Positions 28,197-41,400 of a stretch of 64,000 bases of DNA are shown piece by piece. The DNA is from a virus, in the IMG/VR virus record IMGVR_UViG_3300042860_003408, positions 1-64,000 of that record; one strand, 5' to 3'. The stretch's first letter is position 1; the number at the start of each line of letters is the position of its first letter. The notes under the pieces were generated by a model that searched no databases, was not told the origin of the DNA, and saw nothing but the letters and a program-made list of their open reading frames with translations. Made by a program: the position numbers and the translations under genes.

Positions 28197-30448
28197 TGAA
28201 GAAAACTAATAAGAAATTAAAAAAATATAAAGATGGTACTCCATGGTATATGGATGGCGCTATAACAAAAGAAGGCAGTAGGGCTGCTAGTACTATAGGC
28301 GGAGTAGGCAATGTGGTATCAGGCGCTAGTACACTTGCGTCCTATTTCAATTCTGGCGACGAGGGGGATTTGTCAAACTACGTCACATCAACACTTGGGA
28401 TGGCTGGGCAAGGAGCTGCAGCTGGAGCTGCATTAGGGCCATGGGGAGCTATAGCTGGAGGTGTTATAGGAGGAGCAGCTGGACTAGTTATGCAGAAGAA
28501 AAAAGAAGCTGAATACAACAATAAAGTAATCCAGAAATCTATAAACAGCAATTTAGACTCAATAAGCATGGCGTCAAATAATATCAAGTCCCGCAATTCT
28601 ATTTATTCTCCAAGGAATTATTCAGTTCCTGGATATAAAGATGGGGTTGCATCGGCAATCAATCCAAATGCACTAGTATCTAATGGAGAAGGGTTTAGGG
28701 ACCCTATAACAGGCAGAGTTGGAACATTCCCAGGCGAGCCAAATAACAATGATAGTCTTGCTGTACAATTACAAGAAGGAACATCTATATACTCAAATGC
28801 ATACAAGCTTCCTTATGGTAAGAAACTAACACCGGCAAAGGCAATAGCTAAAATGGAAGCAGTACAGAAAATTGACGACAAGATGGCTAAGTTTGGTGGA
28901 CAAATAAATGATAACACTAAGAAGCTTAACGATATAAATAGAAAGAAGCAAACTGAATTGCTTAATATGAATACACAAATAGAGAATATGGGAAAATCAA
29001 AACCTAAATTTATGCCTAAGTTTGCAGGAGGGACGCATTATTACACAGAACCATTGTCTACGTACAGTAAACTTCCATTTGATAAAGCTACAGCAGAGAG
29101 GATGGCAAAACAAGGCATGTACTATTCTGGTGCAGACGAGAGCGGAAGACATAATTGGCATGCTCAGTTTAAACCTGAGATATCAGATAAATTTAATGAG
29201 GCGCAAAGAGCCGGTAAAATATATGCTGCTTTAACTGCTGATGAAAATGGATTAATGAGAATAGGTGGTGTTAGCAAGCTAGACCCAGTTGCAACTACAA
29301 ATCTAGGAGCAGATAAAGAGCAGCTGCCTATATCTACCCAAGTAGCATCAGCGCAACAAGCTAATCCATCGTACAATGGTATAGTGCCAGGAGTACTAGA
29401 GTCTGATTGGAATACAATGATGAATAGAGGAATTAAAGCTGGACAGCCTGGATATAACCCTGATTGGGTATTTAAAGGACAGGCGGTTCCGTTGTCAGAA
29501 GTACGAAGATCTGCAGCAGCAGGGGAACAAAATAGATATACTTTAGATAATACAGGTACAGCATGGATTCCAATGACTAATACGTCCACTAAGCCTATTT
29601 TAAAGCCCTCTACGGCAGTTTCTCCTCAAAAAGGTTCTACCCTACAGCAAGCACCAGCCGCTCAGGAAACGGCCTTAAAACAAGCCGAAACGCCAGCAGT
29701 AGCTACTCCAGCAATTGCGCCTAAAGTAGCAGCAGTTGAACCTCAGAAAGCAGCGACTGTTGAAGAGCCTAAAAAAGAGTTTACTGCAGAGAATGGATTG
29801 ACAACAGAAGTGTTCAATAAAGGATTTGGAGACTATGCGTCCGAGCTTGGATACAACTTAGCATCATTAGCGCCTGTAGCAGCCAATTGGTTTGGAGCTA
29901 AACCTGAATATGAGACTCCAAGATACGAAACTGCAATCAATCCAACATTGAGGGTTAATATGTCTAAGCAAGTGGAAGATGCTAGAAAGAAAAGTCAGAT
30001 AGCTAGATATAACCAACGTGTTATGAATTCTGGAACTGGAGCGGGCACTACATTTGGAGCTTCTACGTATGCAGCAGGGCTAAACAATTTAAATGCCATA
30101 TCTGCTAATGCTGATAATATCAATAATGAATATAGAGCTAAATCTGCGGCAATATCAAATGAGATAGCGTCTAGAAATGCTAATGTATTTAGAGAAAATC
30201 AGAAAAGTAGAATGCAGACTGATGCAAATGTTAGAGCACATAAGAAAGCAGCATTAGCTCAATTCTCTGATTATGCTCAAAATAAGCAATTGATGAAGAA
30301 TCAGAAAGAAAGAGATATATTAAACTCAGAAGTGTTTGCGTCATTCGCTAATTTACCGGAAGCAGAAAGACAGAAGTTCTTTGGAATGATGACGTCTAAG
30401 AGGCCTGTATTTAAAAAGAAAACTACAACTAAAACAGCAACAACATAA
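28196..30448 (+). CDS. Ejection/cargo protein with a glycine-zipper membrane segment
   Basis: 'GAAAGAALGPWGAIAGGVIGGAAG', 'ALVSNGE' and repeated K-[YF]-x-x-G motifs; first gene of the cargo block. Confidence 0.65.
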   Translation: MKKTNKKLKKYKDGTPWYMDGAITKEGSRAASTIGGVGNVVSGASTLASYFNSGDEGDLSNYVTSTLGMAGQGAAAGAALGPWGAIAGGVIGGAAGLVMQKKKEAEYNNKVIQKSINSNLDSISMASNNIKSRNSIYSPRNYSVPGYKDGVASAINPNALVSNGEGFRDPITGRVGTFPGEPNNNDSLAVQLQEGTSIYSNAYKLPYGKKLTPAKAIAKMEAVQKIDDKMAKFGGQINDNTKKLNDINRKKQTELLNMNTQIENMGKSKPKFMPKFAGGTHYYTEPLSTYSKLPFDKATAERMAKQGMYYSGADESGRHNWHAQFKPEISDKFNEAQRAGKIYAALTADENGLMRIGGVSKLDPVATTNLGADKEQLPISTQVASAQQANPSYNGIVPGVLESDWNTMMNRGIKAGQPGYNPDWVFKGQAVPLSEVRRSAAAGEQNRYTLDNTGTAWIPMTNTSTKPILKPSTAVSPQKGSTLQQAPAAQETALKQAETPAVATPAIAPKVAAVEPQKAATVEEPKKEFTAENGLTTEVFNKGFGDYASELGYNLASLAPVAANWFGAKPEYETPRYETAINPTLRVNMSKQVEDARKKSQIARYNQRVMNSGTGAGTTFGASTYAAGLNNLNAISANADNINNEYRAKSAAISNEIASRNANVFRENQKSRMQTDANVRAHKKAALAQFSDYAQNKQLMKNQKERDILNSEVFASFANLPEAERQKFFGMMTSKRPVFKKKTTTKTATT
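29593..29685. repeat. Dispersed phased inverted-repeat element (inside the cargo gene)
   Basis: Left arm GCCTATTTTAAAGCCCTCTACGGCAGTTTC; right arm GGAAACGGCCTTAAAACAAGC; core span 83 bp. Confidence 0.75.
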
Positions 30449-32388
30449 TGGTTAATTTATACGATAATCCAGCACAAGCAAAATTTATAAATACATATGT
30501 TCCAATTCAATTTGAGCATCTATATAAATTAGCAGACAAAAGAGAAGCTGATATGGAAAAAGCATATGCAGCTATTGAGAAAGCAAGCTCTGTTGAGGCA
30601 TTAGGCTCACTATCAGACGTAGACAATAAGTTATATGAACAAGAGTATATCACTCCAATAAAAAACTTTATAGCTAATAATGTAAAAGATATGAGTTCGC
30701 TTGCAAATCCAAAAGTAAGGGCTCAGCTTAGTCAGTTAGTTCATAATGCAACAGCATCATCTGGGGCTAAAAATGCAATGGCCTCAAAAGCTATGTATGG
30801 TGAATATTTAAAGAATCTAGACCCTAGATGGGGTCAGGCTGGGATAGAACAGATAAAGACTCATAATACATTCCAAAATGGTATATTCACTGGAAAGCCG
30901 TTGGAGTACTTTGATGTAGATGCAGTGGGCCAAAAGGTAATAAAAGGGATGGGTAGTAAATTAATTAAATCTGCAACACCTGGAGATTGGAATGATTATT
31001 ATGGACAGAGTCCAGAAGACATACGGTCTTATGTAAATGAAAGAGGATTGGAATTTGCGAATGATCCATCTGCTATGTTGTACGCAAAGCAGGCACTGTC
31101 ATCTGGCAGGGCATCTAAGGAGTATTATGAGCTAGACGAGAAAGGAAATCCAACAGGCATAAAGCCAGGCGCTGAAATTCAATTCATACAAGACGCCGTT
31201 TATGGTGCTGCATCAAAAGCAGCTACATTAGAAGGAAAGCCAAATAGAAGAATGGAGGCTATGTATGACAGGTCTACTCAATTCGCATTACTTGGCGCAA
31301 GACAAGCTCATGAAGAAAAAATGAAGGACAAAGAGGATGCCCCAGAGCAAAAAATAAGCGTATTGGCCTCTATAAAAGGAATGGCAACTGACAACTTTGG
31401 TCAATCATTGGTACAGACAGCTGGCTCTAGAGTAGAAGAATTGCTTAAGGCTGGAGCTTCTAGAGCGGAATTAGTCGGACAGGTTGGCTCAGAGATAGTT
31501 CTTGCTGCTGAAAAGAATATAGAAAAACAACAATTAGAAGGGCAAATAAAGGAGCAGGAATCAAACCTAAATTATCTACAAGCATCTGGGGATAAAAGTG
31601 CTGAGACGACAAGTAAGATAGCTGAGCTATCTAAATCAGTATCTGCTGCTAAAGCTAAATTCGCTGAAGTTGACAAACAATACGCATATGCAATAAGGTC
31701 TGCCGCACCAGTTATAATGAATAATGTAAGAGGGTTGAATAATTCAGTAGAAAAAGCTGGAACACAAAGTTCTAGAATGATAACAATTAATGGAAAGAAA
31801 CATCCATTCTTATCGACTGCAGATGTAGAGGACGCATCAACTGGATATGTAGATCCATTAGTTATGAACGAATATGCTGGCATTTCACTTGGCGGAAAAA
31901 CAAAAGCTACAGTTAAATCTACTGGGTCTCAAAGAGATATGATATCTGTATCATCAGCAAATCAATTAAATGTTGTAAATCCAGTATCAAATTCTAAAAC
32001 TAAATTTACAGAGACTGCTGTAATTAATAGAGCTACAGACGCAATAAACAATGCGTTAGCTAGCGGTAAATTAAATGGCAAAGTATTAGCTGAGGCTTCT
32101 GGGAAGATTAGAGTTACTGGGGCAGATGTAGATGCTCAATACTTAATGTATATACCAAAAGAGGAATTAGAAGCAGCTTTAAGTTCAGTGCCAGGCTTTT
32201 CATCAGGAACTACAATATTAGCACTTAAGAATGCAGGGTATATATCAGAGGAGACTATATCTACAGAAAAAGGATTATATGGTGTAGTTGGAGATAGAAA
32301 GATGTATGTAGTACATGCAAACTCCAAAATACAAGATAATGCCATAACTGACAGGCTGACCAGTTCGGCAACGAAAATAAACAAATAA
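30448..32388 (+). CDS. Ejection/cargo protein
   Basis: N-terminal 'NLYDNPAQAKFINTYVPIQF', helical/coiled-coil; lies upstream of the RNA polymerase gene. Confidence 0.6.
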   Translation: MVNLYDNPAQAKFINTYVPIQFEHLYKLADKREADMEKAYAAIEKASSVEALGSLSDVDNKLYEQEYITPIKNFIANNVKDMSSLANPKVRAQLSQLVHNATASSGAKNAMASKAMYGEYLKNLDPRWGQAGIEQIKTHNTFQNGIFTGKPLEYFDVDAVGQKVIKGMGSKLIKSATPGDWNDYYGQSPEDIRSYVNERGLEFANDPSAMLYAKQALSSGRASKEYYELDEKGNPTGIKPGAEIQFIQDAVYGAASKAATLEGKPNRRMEAMYDRSTQFALLGARQAHEEKMKDKEDAPEQKISVLASIKGMATDNFGQSLVQTAGSRVEELLKAGASRAELVGQVGSEIVLAAEKNIEKQQLEGQIKEQESNLNYLQASGDKSAETTSKIAELSKSVSAAKAKFAEVDKQYAYAIRSAAPVIMNNVRGLNNSVEKAGTQSSRMITINGKKHPFLSTADVEDASTGYVDPLVMNEYAGISLGGKTKATVKSTGSQRDMISVSSANQLNVVNPVSNSKTKFTETAVINRATDAINNALASGKLNGKVLAEASGKIRVTGADVDAQYLMYIPKEELEAALSSVPGFSSGTTILALKNAGYISEETISTEKGLYGVVGDRKMYVVHANSKIQDNAITDRLTSSATKINK

Positions 32389-32404
32389 CAACAATTGCAA
32401 AATA

Positions 32405-35400
32405 ATGACAAGAGAAGACATTAAAAGGGCTTTGCAGGGTGAAGATACGAGATTTGGCGAATATGTTAGGTCTCGTAGCTCTGTTTATGGCCAAGGAAGA
32501 AGCGAACTTGACGAACTAAAACGCAGAAATGAATACGAAGAGGCTAAGCGCAAGCGCCCCTCTAAAGATGAACCTAAGCGCAAAGCGGCTCGCGATGAGT
32601 CAAAAGACGCAGAAGATGGGCAGAAAAAACTGCCACTTGAAAATGAAACTAAAAAAGGAAATGATTATAACTTCTTTGCCGATTCATATAGAACGTTTGT
32701 AGGCGGAAAAAACCAGACAGAAATAGACAATGCTCTAGGAGAGTTAAAATACAACCTTCCTGTGTTTAAGTATTCATCAGATATGCTCTCATCAAAGGAG
32801 GTTCAATCTGATGAGGATTTATATAAGGCAGCTAGGTTTGCAAGGGAAATGCAGTCGAATGCCAAAGCACAGGCTTTATTTCAAAAAAATGAAGAACTGT
32901 CTGCAGAACAAGCCAGGCTTAAATCTCTATATGAAAGTGGAGATAAAAGCGTTTCTGCTGCATTCATAAATAACGAGCCATGGAACCCAGAATCAAAAGG
33001 CAAAACAATATATAGTTTAACTGGGGCTGTGCAGCAAGGAGAAGGGCCTAGTTTTCTTGAGAAAGCAGATATGATGATGGGCGCGTCTCATGGATATGCT
33101 GAGTGGGAGCAAATGAAAGGAATGGTGAGTGGGTTATTTAGAACCGTTGGCACGTCATTGGTAGCAGCCGCTGTTGCTCCTGTTATATCTGTAATGGGCA
33201 AAGTATCTCTAGGAAATGCAGTTGGCAATATACTTGGAGGGCTTACACTTAAAACTGCAGCAGATGTCGCAATTGATAAGCCGGTAGATCTAATATCAAA
33301 TCTATCTGATGCAACTAGATTCTCAATGGGATATGTTCCAGCTGTAGCAGGTGGCCTAATCGGAGCTGGTGTTAATAAGTTTATGCCGTCTGGTGATGTA
33401 AGACAAGGTTATATTGATATAGACGACTCATTGGTTCCAGAAGATACTAAATATGCCTATTCAAAATACAAGGACTTAATAAAAAACTGGTCAAAGGTTG
33501 GTGGAGATTTTGATGGTACAATTCCATCCATAGATGACGTGCTTGACGGAAAGGAGTCTCTACACTCATATACTGGAGAAAAGGTTGGTAAATTTGACTC
33601 GGTATTAGCTAAAAAAACAAAAGATGCACAAGAAAGCATAAAGACTGACTTGAATGATCTTAGGATGTGGGGAGCTCCATCTGAATATGCTACAAAGAAA
33701 GTAGAAGAAAATGACTGGTATTGGGGCAAGATGCTTAATACAAGTGGGATGTCTATGTCTGAGTTTGAAGGGCAGGTCGGCTTAATAGCATTAAATTCTG
33801 CTATATCTTTGGCTACAAAAAAGCCAACAATTGGAACTAAATTATTGTCTTCTCTAGCTCTTACTGGAGCTAACGCTGCTTTTGCTGTAAGAAGTAGAGA
33901 TAGTGAATTCTTTTCTCAGTTTAGTCAAGCCTTTAACGAGAAGCAAGATGCTATACTTGGAGAGAATGCTATATCTAAGATGTCATACGAAGAACTTCTA
34001 TCTCATATATCTGAGCCAAAGGAAACTATGGACAAAGTAATGTCGCAATTTGGGAAGTATGATAAATCTCAAGAGAGACATAAAAGAGAGACGCTAGAGA
34101 TGCTTATTAGAACTGGAATTGTTAAATCAGATATACCTGGAATAAATGAAGCAGCAGTAGCCGCTAGCGATGGCTCGGATGAGCTTGCTAGACAATATAG
34201 GTCTATGATATACTCAGATATGGGTCAAAATGGATTAATGCTAGCTAGTTTAATGCCTATAAAAGGTGGTATTCCAAAGGCCATGCAAGGACTGGCAAAA
34301 TCTACTTCTGATTATTATAAGAATCTATCATTATCGTCTTTTATTAGAAACAATAGAGCAGGAAGAGTTCTTGGAAAAACAGCTCAATTAGCATCAGAAG
34401 TTGGATGGGAGGCGTTTGTAGACGAACCTCTATTTGAAGAAATCCCACAAACAATGATGGATATGAAATTCAAAGAAGGCTCATTAAAAGAAAATGCAGG
34501 AATCTTTGGATCTTATTTGGATAAAAACAAAACCATAAGCACTGGCGCTAAAGCATTATTTGGATTATCTGGAGACGAAAGATATGATAAAAACGCAGAA
34601 TTGCTTGATACCTATTGGTCTACTGTTATGTCTGTAGCGTTTATGGGTGCAGGCAGAAACGTGATATCATCTCCTGCTCATATAAAAGAACTAAATAGAA
34701 GCTTTAATGCTGATAAATTATTTGATTCAGTTATAGAGCCAGGTATTAAGACATCTGCATTTAAAGCAAAGGCGTCTGCATATATAGGAGCTGTTAAGAA
34801 TGGTCAATTTGATTTTGTAATTGAAAACTTAAAAGAACTTCAAAAGAATCCACCAGAAGGATATACTGCAGAAGATATTACTAATGAAATTAAACTGGCT
34901 AAAAGAATTGCATCTATAGCTGATAGTAAATTTGTAAGAGAATATGCCAAGAAATCAGGTGGCTATGGTTCAGAGGACCACTTATTGCTTACATCATTAA
35001 TATCAGACCATGAGAACGCTGCAAGAGAAGGATATCTTGAGAGCAGAACGGCTAATGAAGCTGAGGCTAATCTTCTTGCTAATTTTGACGAGACTACATT
35101 TTCTAAATTAGTTACATCTATAAATACAACTAGGGAGGACGCAGATAAAATAAGCACTGGAGCTGCAATAGGTATTGCCATGCTTAGAAATAAACTAGCT
35201 GCTATTGCTACGATATCAGTGAATGACCCTCTTGAGTCTAAGGCTTCAAAAATAAAAAGCAACTTAATAACGAGAGCCGCATCAGATGATTTAGGAAGTG
35301 TATCTTCTAATTTAATAGATGCATTATTAAATGCTAAATTAATAACAGAGGAGCAGGGGGCTGAACTTCTAAAAATAGAAAACTCTAAAGATCTTAGTGA

Positions 35401-38400
35401 TGCAATTGATGAATTTGTTCCTATTGAGCTTAATGATGATATTAAGGACATGGCTTATGGATTAGTATCTTCATACGGAGCTCAATATGAAGAACATATG
35501 GCATCCATACTTAGAGGAGATCAAACTCTTTACAATAGAGAGAAAGACACAAAAGTAGATAGATTCCATGATGTAGACGAGCTCCTTGATATGCATAGAA
35601 AGTCTCTTGAATCTAATGAAAAAGAGCAGAGAGTTCTAGAGGCTGCTGAAACCAAAAGAGAAGAGAAAAAGAGGGAAGCTAAAACAAAGCCAGAAACAAC
35701 TGTAGTAGCCGAGCCTGTTGTAGAACCTATTGTAGTTGAATTGGAATCATTAGAGCCAAAGTGGGAAATACCATCTGCTCCTGAAATAGTTGAATACGAA
35801 AGCCTAGAGTCTGCTCCAGAAGTAGAGACAGAGCAAGTTCCACCACTAGACGAGACAGATATTCCTCCATTAACTGAGGCCGACTTGAACTCATCAGTAA
35901 ATAGAGCCGAGGAATTGTTAGCAGATGACAACTTCGATCCATTTAGCGATTACGATAAAGAGGAGGAGGCTGCTAAACAGGCCGCAGATAATCAGGAGGA
36001 GCAGGCTCCCACACAAGGAATTACAAATAATGGGACAATTTACCCAGTGCTGGACTTAAGTAAAATAGATACAGATAATTTTATATATGTAACTCACCAA
36101 ACAGATATCGTCGGGCTAGAACAAATTCTTTCAAGAGGGTTTGATATAAGGAATGGGCTAAATGGAACATCATTGTTTGGGAATACAGAATCTATTCAAA
36201 GCCAAATGGACAGTATTAATTCTGGACACGGCCATAGAGGGGCTAGCAGGATGATTGTATTCGCATTCCCTAAATCAAAATTCGGGAATGTAAGGCAGCT
36301 GGATGAAATATCAGATATGCTTATCGATGAGGGAATATTTTCTATTCCCGGCCAATATGTATTTGGAGTATTCACCGAAAATAATAAGCCAATCACACAA
36401 GAAGCTGCTCCACAAAAATCCAAACAAGACGAGCTTAAGGAGAAATTAAACGCTAGACTAGCTCACTTGGCTGATGTTGCCACGGATGTTCTTGGATCTA
36501 AAATGAATGCTACTGGAAAGCAATATTCAAGCAAAGACTTCTTACCAGCAATGACTGGGGTACTAGAGGTTATTATGGAGCTTGGATATACATCATTCGT
36601 AGATGTAGTATCTAATGCATCTGATGCTATGAAAGGAAATGCAGTACTTGCAGGTCTTATTGATAGAATTAGCCCTAAACAATGGAGAGCTGCTTATAAC
36701 TCGGCTGCAGACTTTGCAGAAGGTACACAATCAGAGGAGGAAGTTATAGCCTATTCTAATGATGATGTAAAAGCTATTGTTGCTGGAACATATAAGAAAG
36801 AAGAAGAGATCGATATCAATGAAGATTTAGAAGATCTTAATCAGCCAGAAAAGACTGAGGAAGAAGAGAATAAAGAAGCGTCTAAAGAGATATCAGAAAT
36901 AGTTAAAGGCGCTGCTGCTATATCTATTGCAATGGAGAAAGAGGATTCTTCTGACTTTGTAAATATAGATGACGAGGCTCCTGGCACAATTGACGAGGAT
37001 AAAGTCTCAGTTAGATTTGGTAGATTGCCACATACACTATTTACGTCTAATCCAGAAATAATTAAATGGTTAAAAACTCCAAAAGCCTTAGAAGGCGCTA
37101 CATTTGAAATAGAGATATCTACAATACCTTTTGATAAAGTGCCACAATCTAGAAAGGACGCAGGAGACTATATCCCATTCGACATCAATAATCCTAATTC
37201 ATGGAACGAGGCTGCAATATTTGTTAAAATAAAAGATAAAAATGGCGTAGTTAGACCATTGAATATAAGCTTCCACAACATAGCAGTTAATAGCATGTTT
37301 GAGGATTCTGATGGCAATATGTATCCTAAGTTCAACGAACAGGATATCGCTGATTTAGTTGATTTTAGAAATAAGATAATAGCTTTATATGCAGAAAGCT
37401 TAGCAAATGGTTCTAATAAGGAATTAGTTGTATCTGGCGTATCTATAGGTAGAGCTAAGATAAAATTAAACAGAAAGAATGGTAAGCCGGTACAGAGAAG
37501 CCTGTCTAAAATCAAAGGACTAATAGAAGGCTTTAATGGAGATTTCTCTACTATAAACAACAATACATTAAGCTTAGCTTACGGTAGGGGGTGGAGAGGT
37601 AATTTTACTGTAGTTGGAATTGACGGAGTGATAGGTGATACTGATGAACAGAACTCTGGTAGTATGTTTGCAGTAAAGATTGACCCTGTACTTGGAACTA
37701 AAAGAAAGATAAAATTAAATAAACGTAGATTCTCAGAAGATAAAGATACTGCAGAATTTATATACAAACTACTTATAGACTGGAACATGTCTAAAGGTGA
37801 GTTAGCGTTAGACCGAGACGGAAATGTTGTTTTGGCCGGAGACGGTGCGTCTAATAGGTTAGGTATATCAGCAGAAGGCTTATTGTCTAAGATAGTTAAC
37901 TTTGGAAAAAGAACTCAAATTAATAAGAAGGACTTGCCAATGTTGACCCACCTGCTTCCAAAGCAATTCTACGTAGAAGGCAATTCACTATATCTAGGAG
38001 AAGCTAAGTTTGACATATCAAATCCAGCTGGAATATCTCCTGAAATTAAAGCTCAGATAATAGACTACATTAAGAATAACTTTAACTGGTCTATCAATGC
38101 TCATGACTTATGGAATCAAACTGGAGCTAATAGAAAGGTGGCTGATGTGTTTTCAGGTATCACCGACTACTTCAGATCTAATCCAGAAGCTAAATCAATT
38201 AAGTTCTTTGAAGGAATGGAAATTAAGAGAGAGGACTTAGGTTTAACCTGGGAAGCTTGGATTGTTAAATACGATAAGCTTATATCTGACGTTGCCGATG
38301 ATATCTTTGAATCTCCGTATACATTCTTAAATGATGTAGAGCTTGCAGATAGAATGGATAAGCCAACTATCAAGAAAGTTGCAAAGAAAAAGACAGATGC

Positions 38401-41400
38401 CAAAGAAGCCGCTTTAGAGCCTGTTTCTGACACGCAAAAAGCAGATGTAGTAGAAACATCAACTAACACTCAAAAGTCGCTAGAATCGCCTGAAAATGGC
38501 CTTAAAAGCGATGCTAGCGAGCAAGTTTCTGGTAAGAAGAAATTTAAGAAGAGGACTAGTGGCGATGTAGATAAAATATCTGACTTAGGTGTAAATGCTG
38601 TTGGTCCTACAAGACTGTCAACTAGTCATGCAGAGGAAGATAATTTAACTAATAGCGAACAAGCTTGGGCTAGAAAAAGGATATCATCTCTTATTGAAAT
38701 CAGTGATACTGAAATTGAAATGGAGAACGGTGATATTGCTATGGGTGTAGCTAACATCTTAAAGAATATTATTACACTATTCTCTGGCGCAGAAAGAGGC
38801 ACTGCTTACCACGAAGCATTTCACATTGTGTCTCTTGGGTTAATACCAAGAAATAGAAGGATGATGATATATGACTCAGTTAGGCGTACTATACCATCAT
38901 TGAGTGATGCTACAAATAAGGATATAGAGGAATACTTAGCCGAGGAATTTAGAGTATGGAGAGAGACTAATAAGATCGGCATTAAGATACCGATGCTTAG
39001 ATCTGTATTCAGAAAATTCTCCAACCTATTTACTGGAATGAAGTCTGCAAACAAGTCTGATATAAATAGATTATTTGAGGATATCGAATACGGTATATTT
39101 AAAAACAAAAAAGGTCCAAAGGCTAAATCTGAGCAATCTAAATTCTTTACTAGATTCTATGTAGATGGAGCTGCTAGAACTTTGAAGTCAAAAGGATTCA
39201 ATGCTATCAATACATTGGATATGCAATACGAAGTAGCCAAGGGGTTAGCATTCTCATTCATAGAATTATCTGGAGTTGAAAAAGTTTCTGATATCCGCAA
39301 TATGAGTAAAGACGTACTATATGATAGTATTCTTGCAGAGTATGAATATATGGAAGAAAATGGAATGGAAGATACATTGAAATATAAAATATATGAAGAT
39401 ATATTGGATAAATTTGATGAGGAAATAGTTCCATTAATAAATAAAGAATTATCTTCATTTGGGATAGCCCCAGCTGTATTCGATGTAGATGGAAACGAAA
39501 TAGAGGATAACGATAAAGATATCGTAAGTAACGAGATAGCTAAACATACAGTAGAATCATATAAGGTTCCTAAGTCTGATAATATTCCAATGGAGGTTAA
39601 ATTCTTCTTATGGACTATCCCTCAAAAAGAGAAAAATGCAGACGGTGTTGTTGTAGATAAATTTAACCCATTAACTGGCTTTAAATTATTCTACGACCAG
39701 ACCACGTCGTGGGTTACAGTTGCAAGCGATTTAGGTCATTTGAAATCGTACACCGAGATGAGGAATAAAATATATTCTCTTGGTGTTGTATCTGGTAATT
39801 TATTCTATAGAAGCGTATTAGATAAGCTTGACAATTCTAGCGATAGATTTAAAACAGCATTCTTTGCCGCAGTAAAATGTCATAGACATGACTTTGCGAG
39901 TATAGCATTTACTGGAGACAAAAATGGAAACATGGCTGAAGCCGACAGAAGACTTAGGGTTATAGAGTCAAAGGCTACAACTGCCAAGATAACTAAGCCA
40001 AAAGAATGGGGTGAGAACATGATGTCTATTGGATTTTTATTCTCTGATAGTGTTGATGGGCCAGTATTTAACAAGGCTAATGCCGAGTCTATAATAGCCA
40101 GACATAAAGCACTTGTATCATTTGCCGGTAGATTAACAAATCCACTAGAAGCTGAAAAGATTACTGACGAGCAAATTACTGCTGCTATTAATGAGTATAT
40201 TGATATATTTAATAAAATAGGCATATCTATAAACGATGCAACTATAGATGAGATAATCAAACATTCTTATCCAAATGCATCTAGAAAAAACGCTATAGCT
40301 AGTTTAATCACCCAATCAAAACCAGAACACCCATCATTTGTTCTTACCAACATCATAACAGACCTAGTTAAGAATGATGGAAAGCTTATAGTAAACAGGA
40401 AAGAGAAGGTAGATAGAAAAGAGATCTACAAGTCTCAGAAGTCGACAGGATTTATAGCTATGATGTATTTCAAGGCCAATCCAAATATAACAGAGACCAC
40501 TTCTACCGGGGCTGATGGAGCCAAGGTATATGAGATATCTCTACCAAACTATGTGACAGAGACGGCAGAAAGAATATCTACTGACACTGAATACAGGGAT
40601 AAAGTAATGCAATCTAGTTTTGCTTCAGGCAGGATTGGAGGAGCAGCTTTCGAAGGAGACAGAACTACTGTTGGAGGCTCTATAGTACTAGACCAATTAC
40701 AATCAGGTGAATCAAAGGGATTAAAGGTTAAGACATTCTTGAAATTCTATGAAGATAATTCTGGAGATAAAGGTAGAGATTACTTTGCACTATCTCCTAT
40801 GGAGGATTATATGATGAAAATGGCAGCCACTAATTCTGGATATATGTTATGTCCTACTATGGCTGATAAGAAATCGTGGTACATGTTTGCTGGCATTAAA
40901 ATGCCGTCATTTAGCGTATCTAAACAAGAAGGAACTCCTATTGCTGTTGATATGAATTCATTGAAAGATGGGCTAGTTAGACAATCAATCACATTCCCTA
41001 CAAAAACAGTAGCTATATTCAATGGATACTTTGAGGCAGAATATCTTGCAATGCAGGATGCTTGGAGTGCATGGAAGGTTGCAATGGGTAATAAAAATAA
41101 ACTAGAACAAACATATCACTACGGCGGATTCTCACAAAGAGGTGCAAATAAATATACCACAAAAGGCAAATGGAATTCAGGACTTGGTAATGGTATGAAA
41201 TTTAGGCATTTCGATGAAATTTCTATTGACATAAAAGGCGACGGCTCATTTGTAAATCTAAATGAATATCAAGAGGAATTGATAGACCAATATGGAGTAA
41301 TTAATGGGATGACTAGATTCTTTGAGGAAATGGATAGTAAAATATTCAATGCATCAAATGAAACTAAATTCCAAATAATGAATGCCACCTTGGCTAATTC

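Noticed and set aside
32544-32583. Direct repeat CTAAGCGCAA near the start of the RNAP gene
   Set aside because: Only 10 bp in two copies, explained by a repeated Lys-Arg-Lys peptide.
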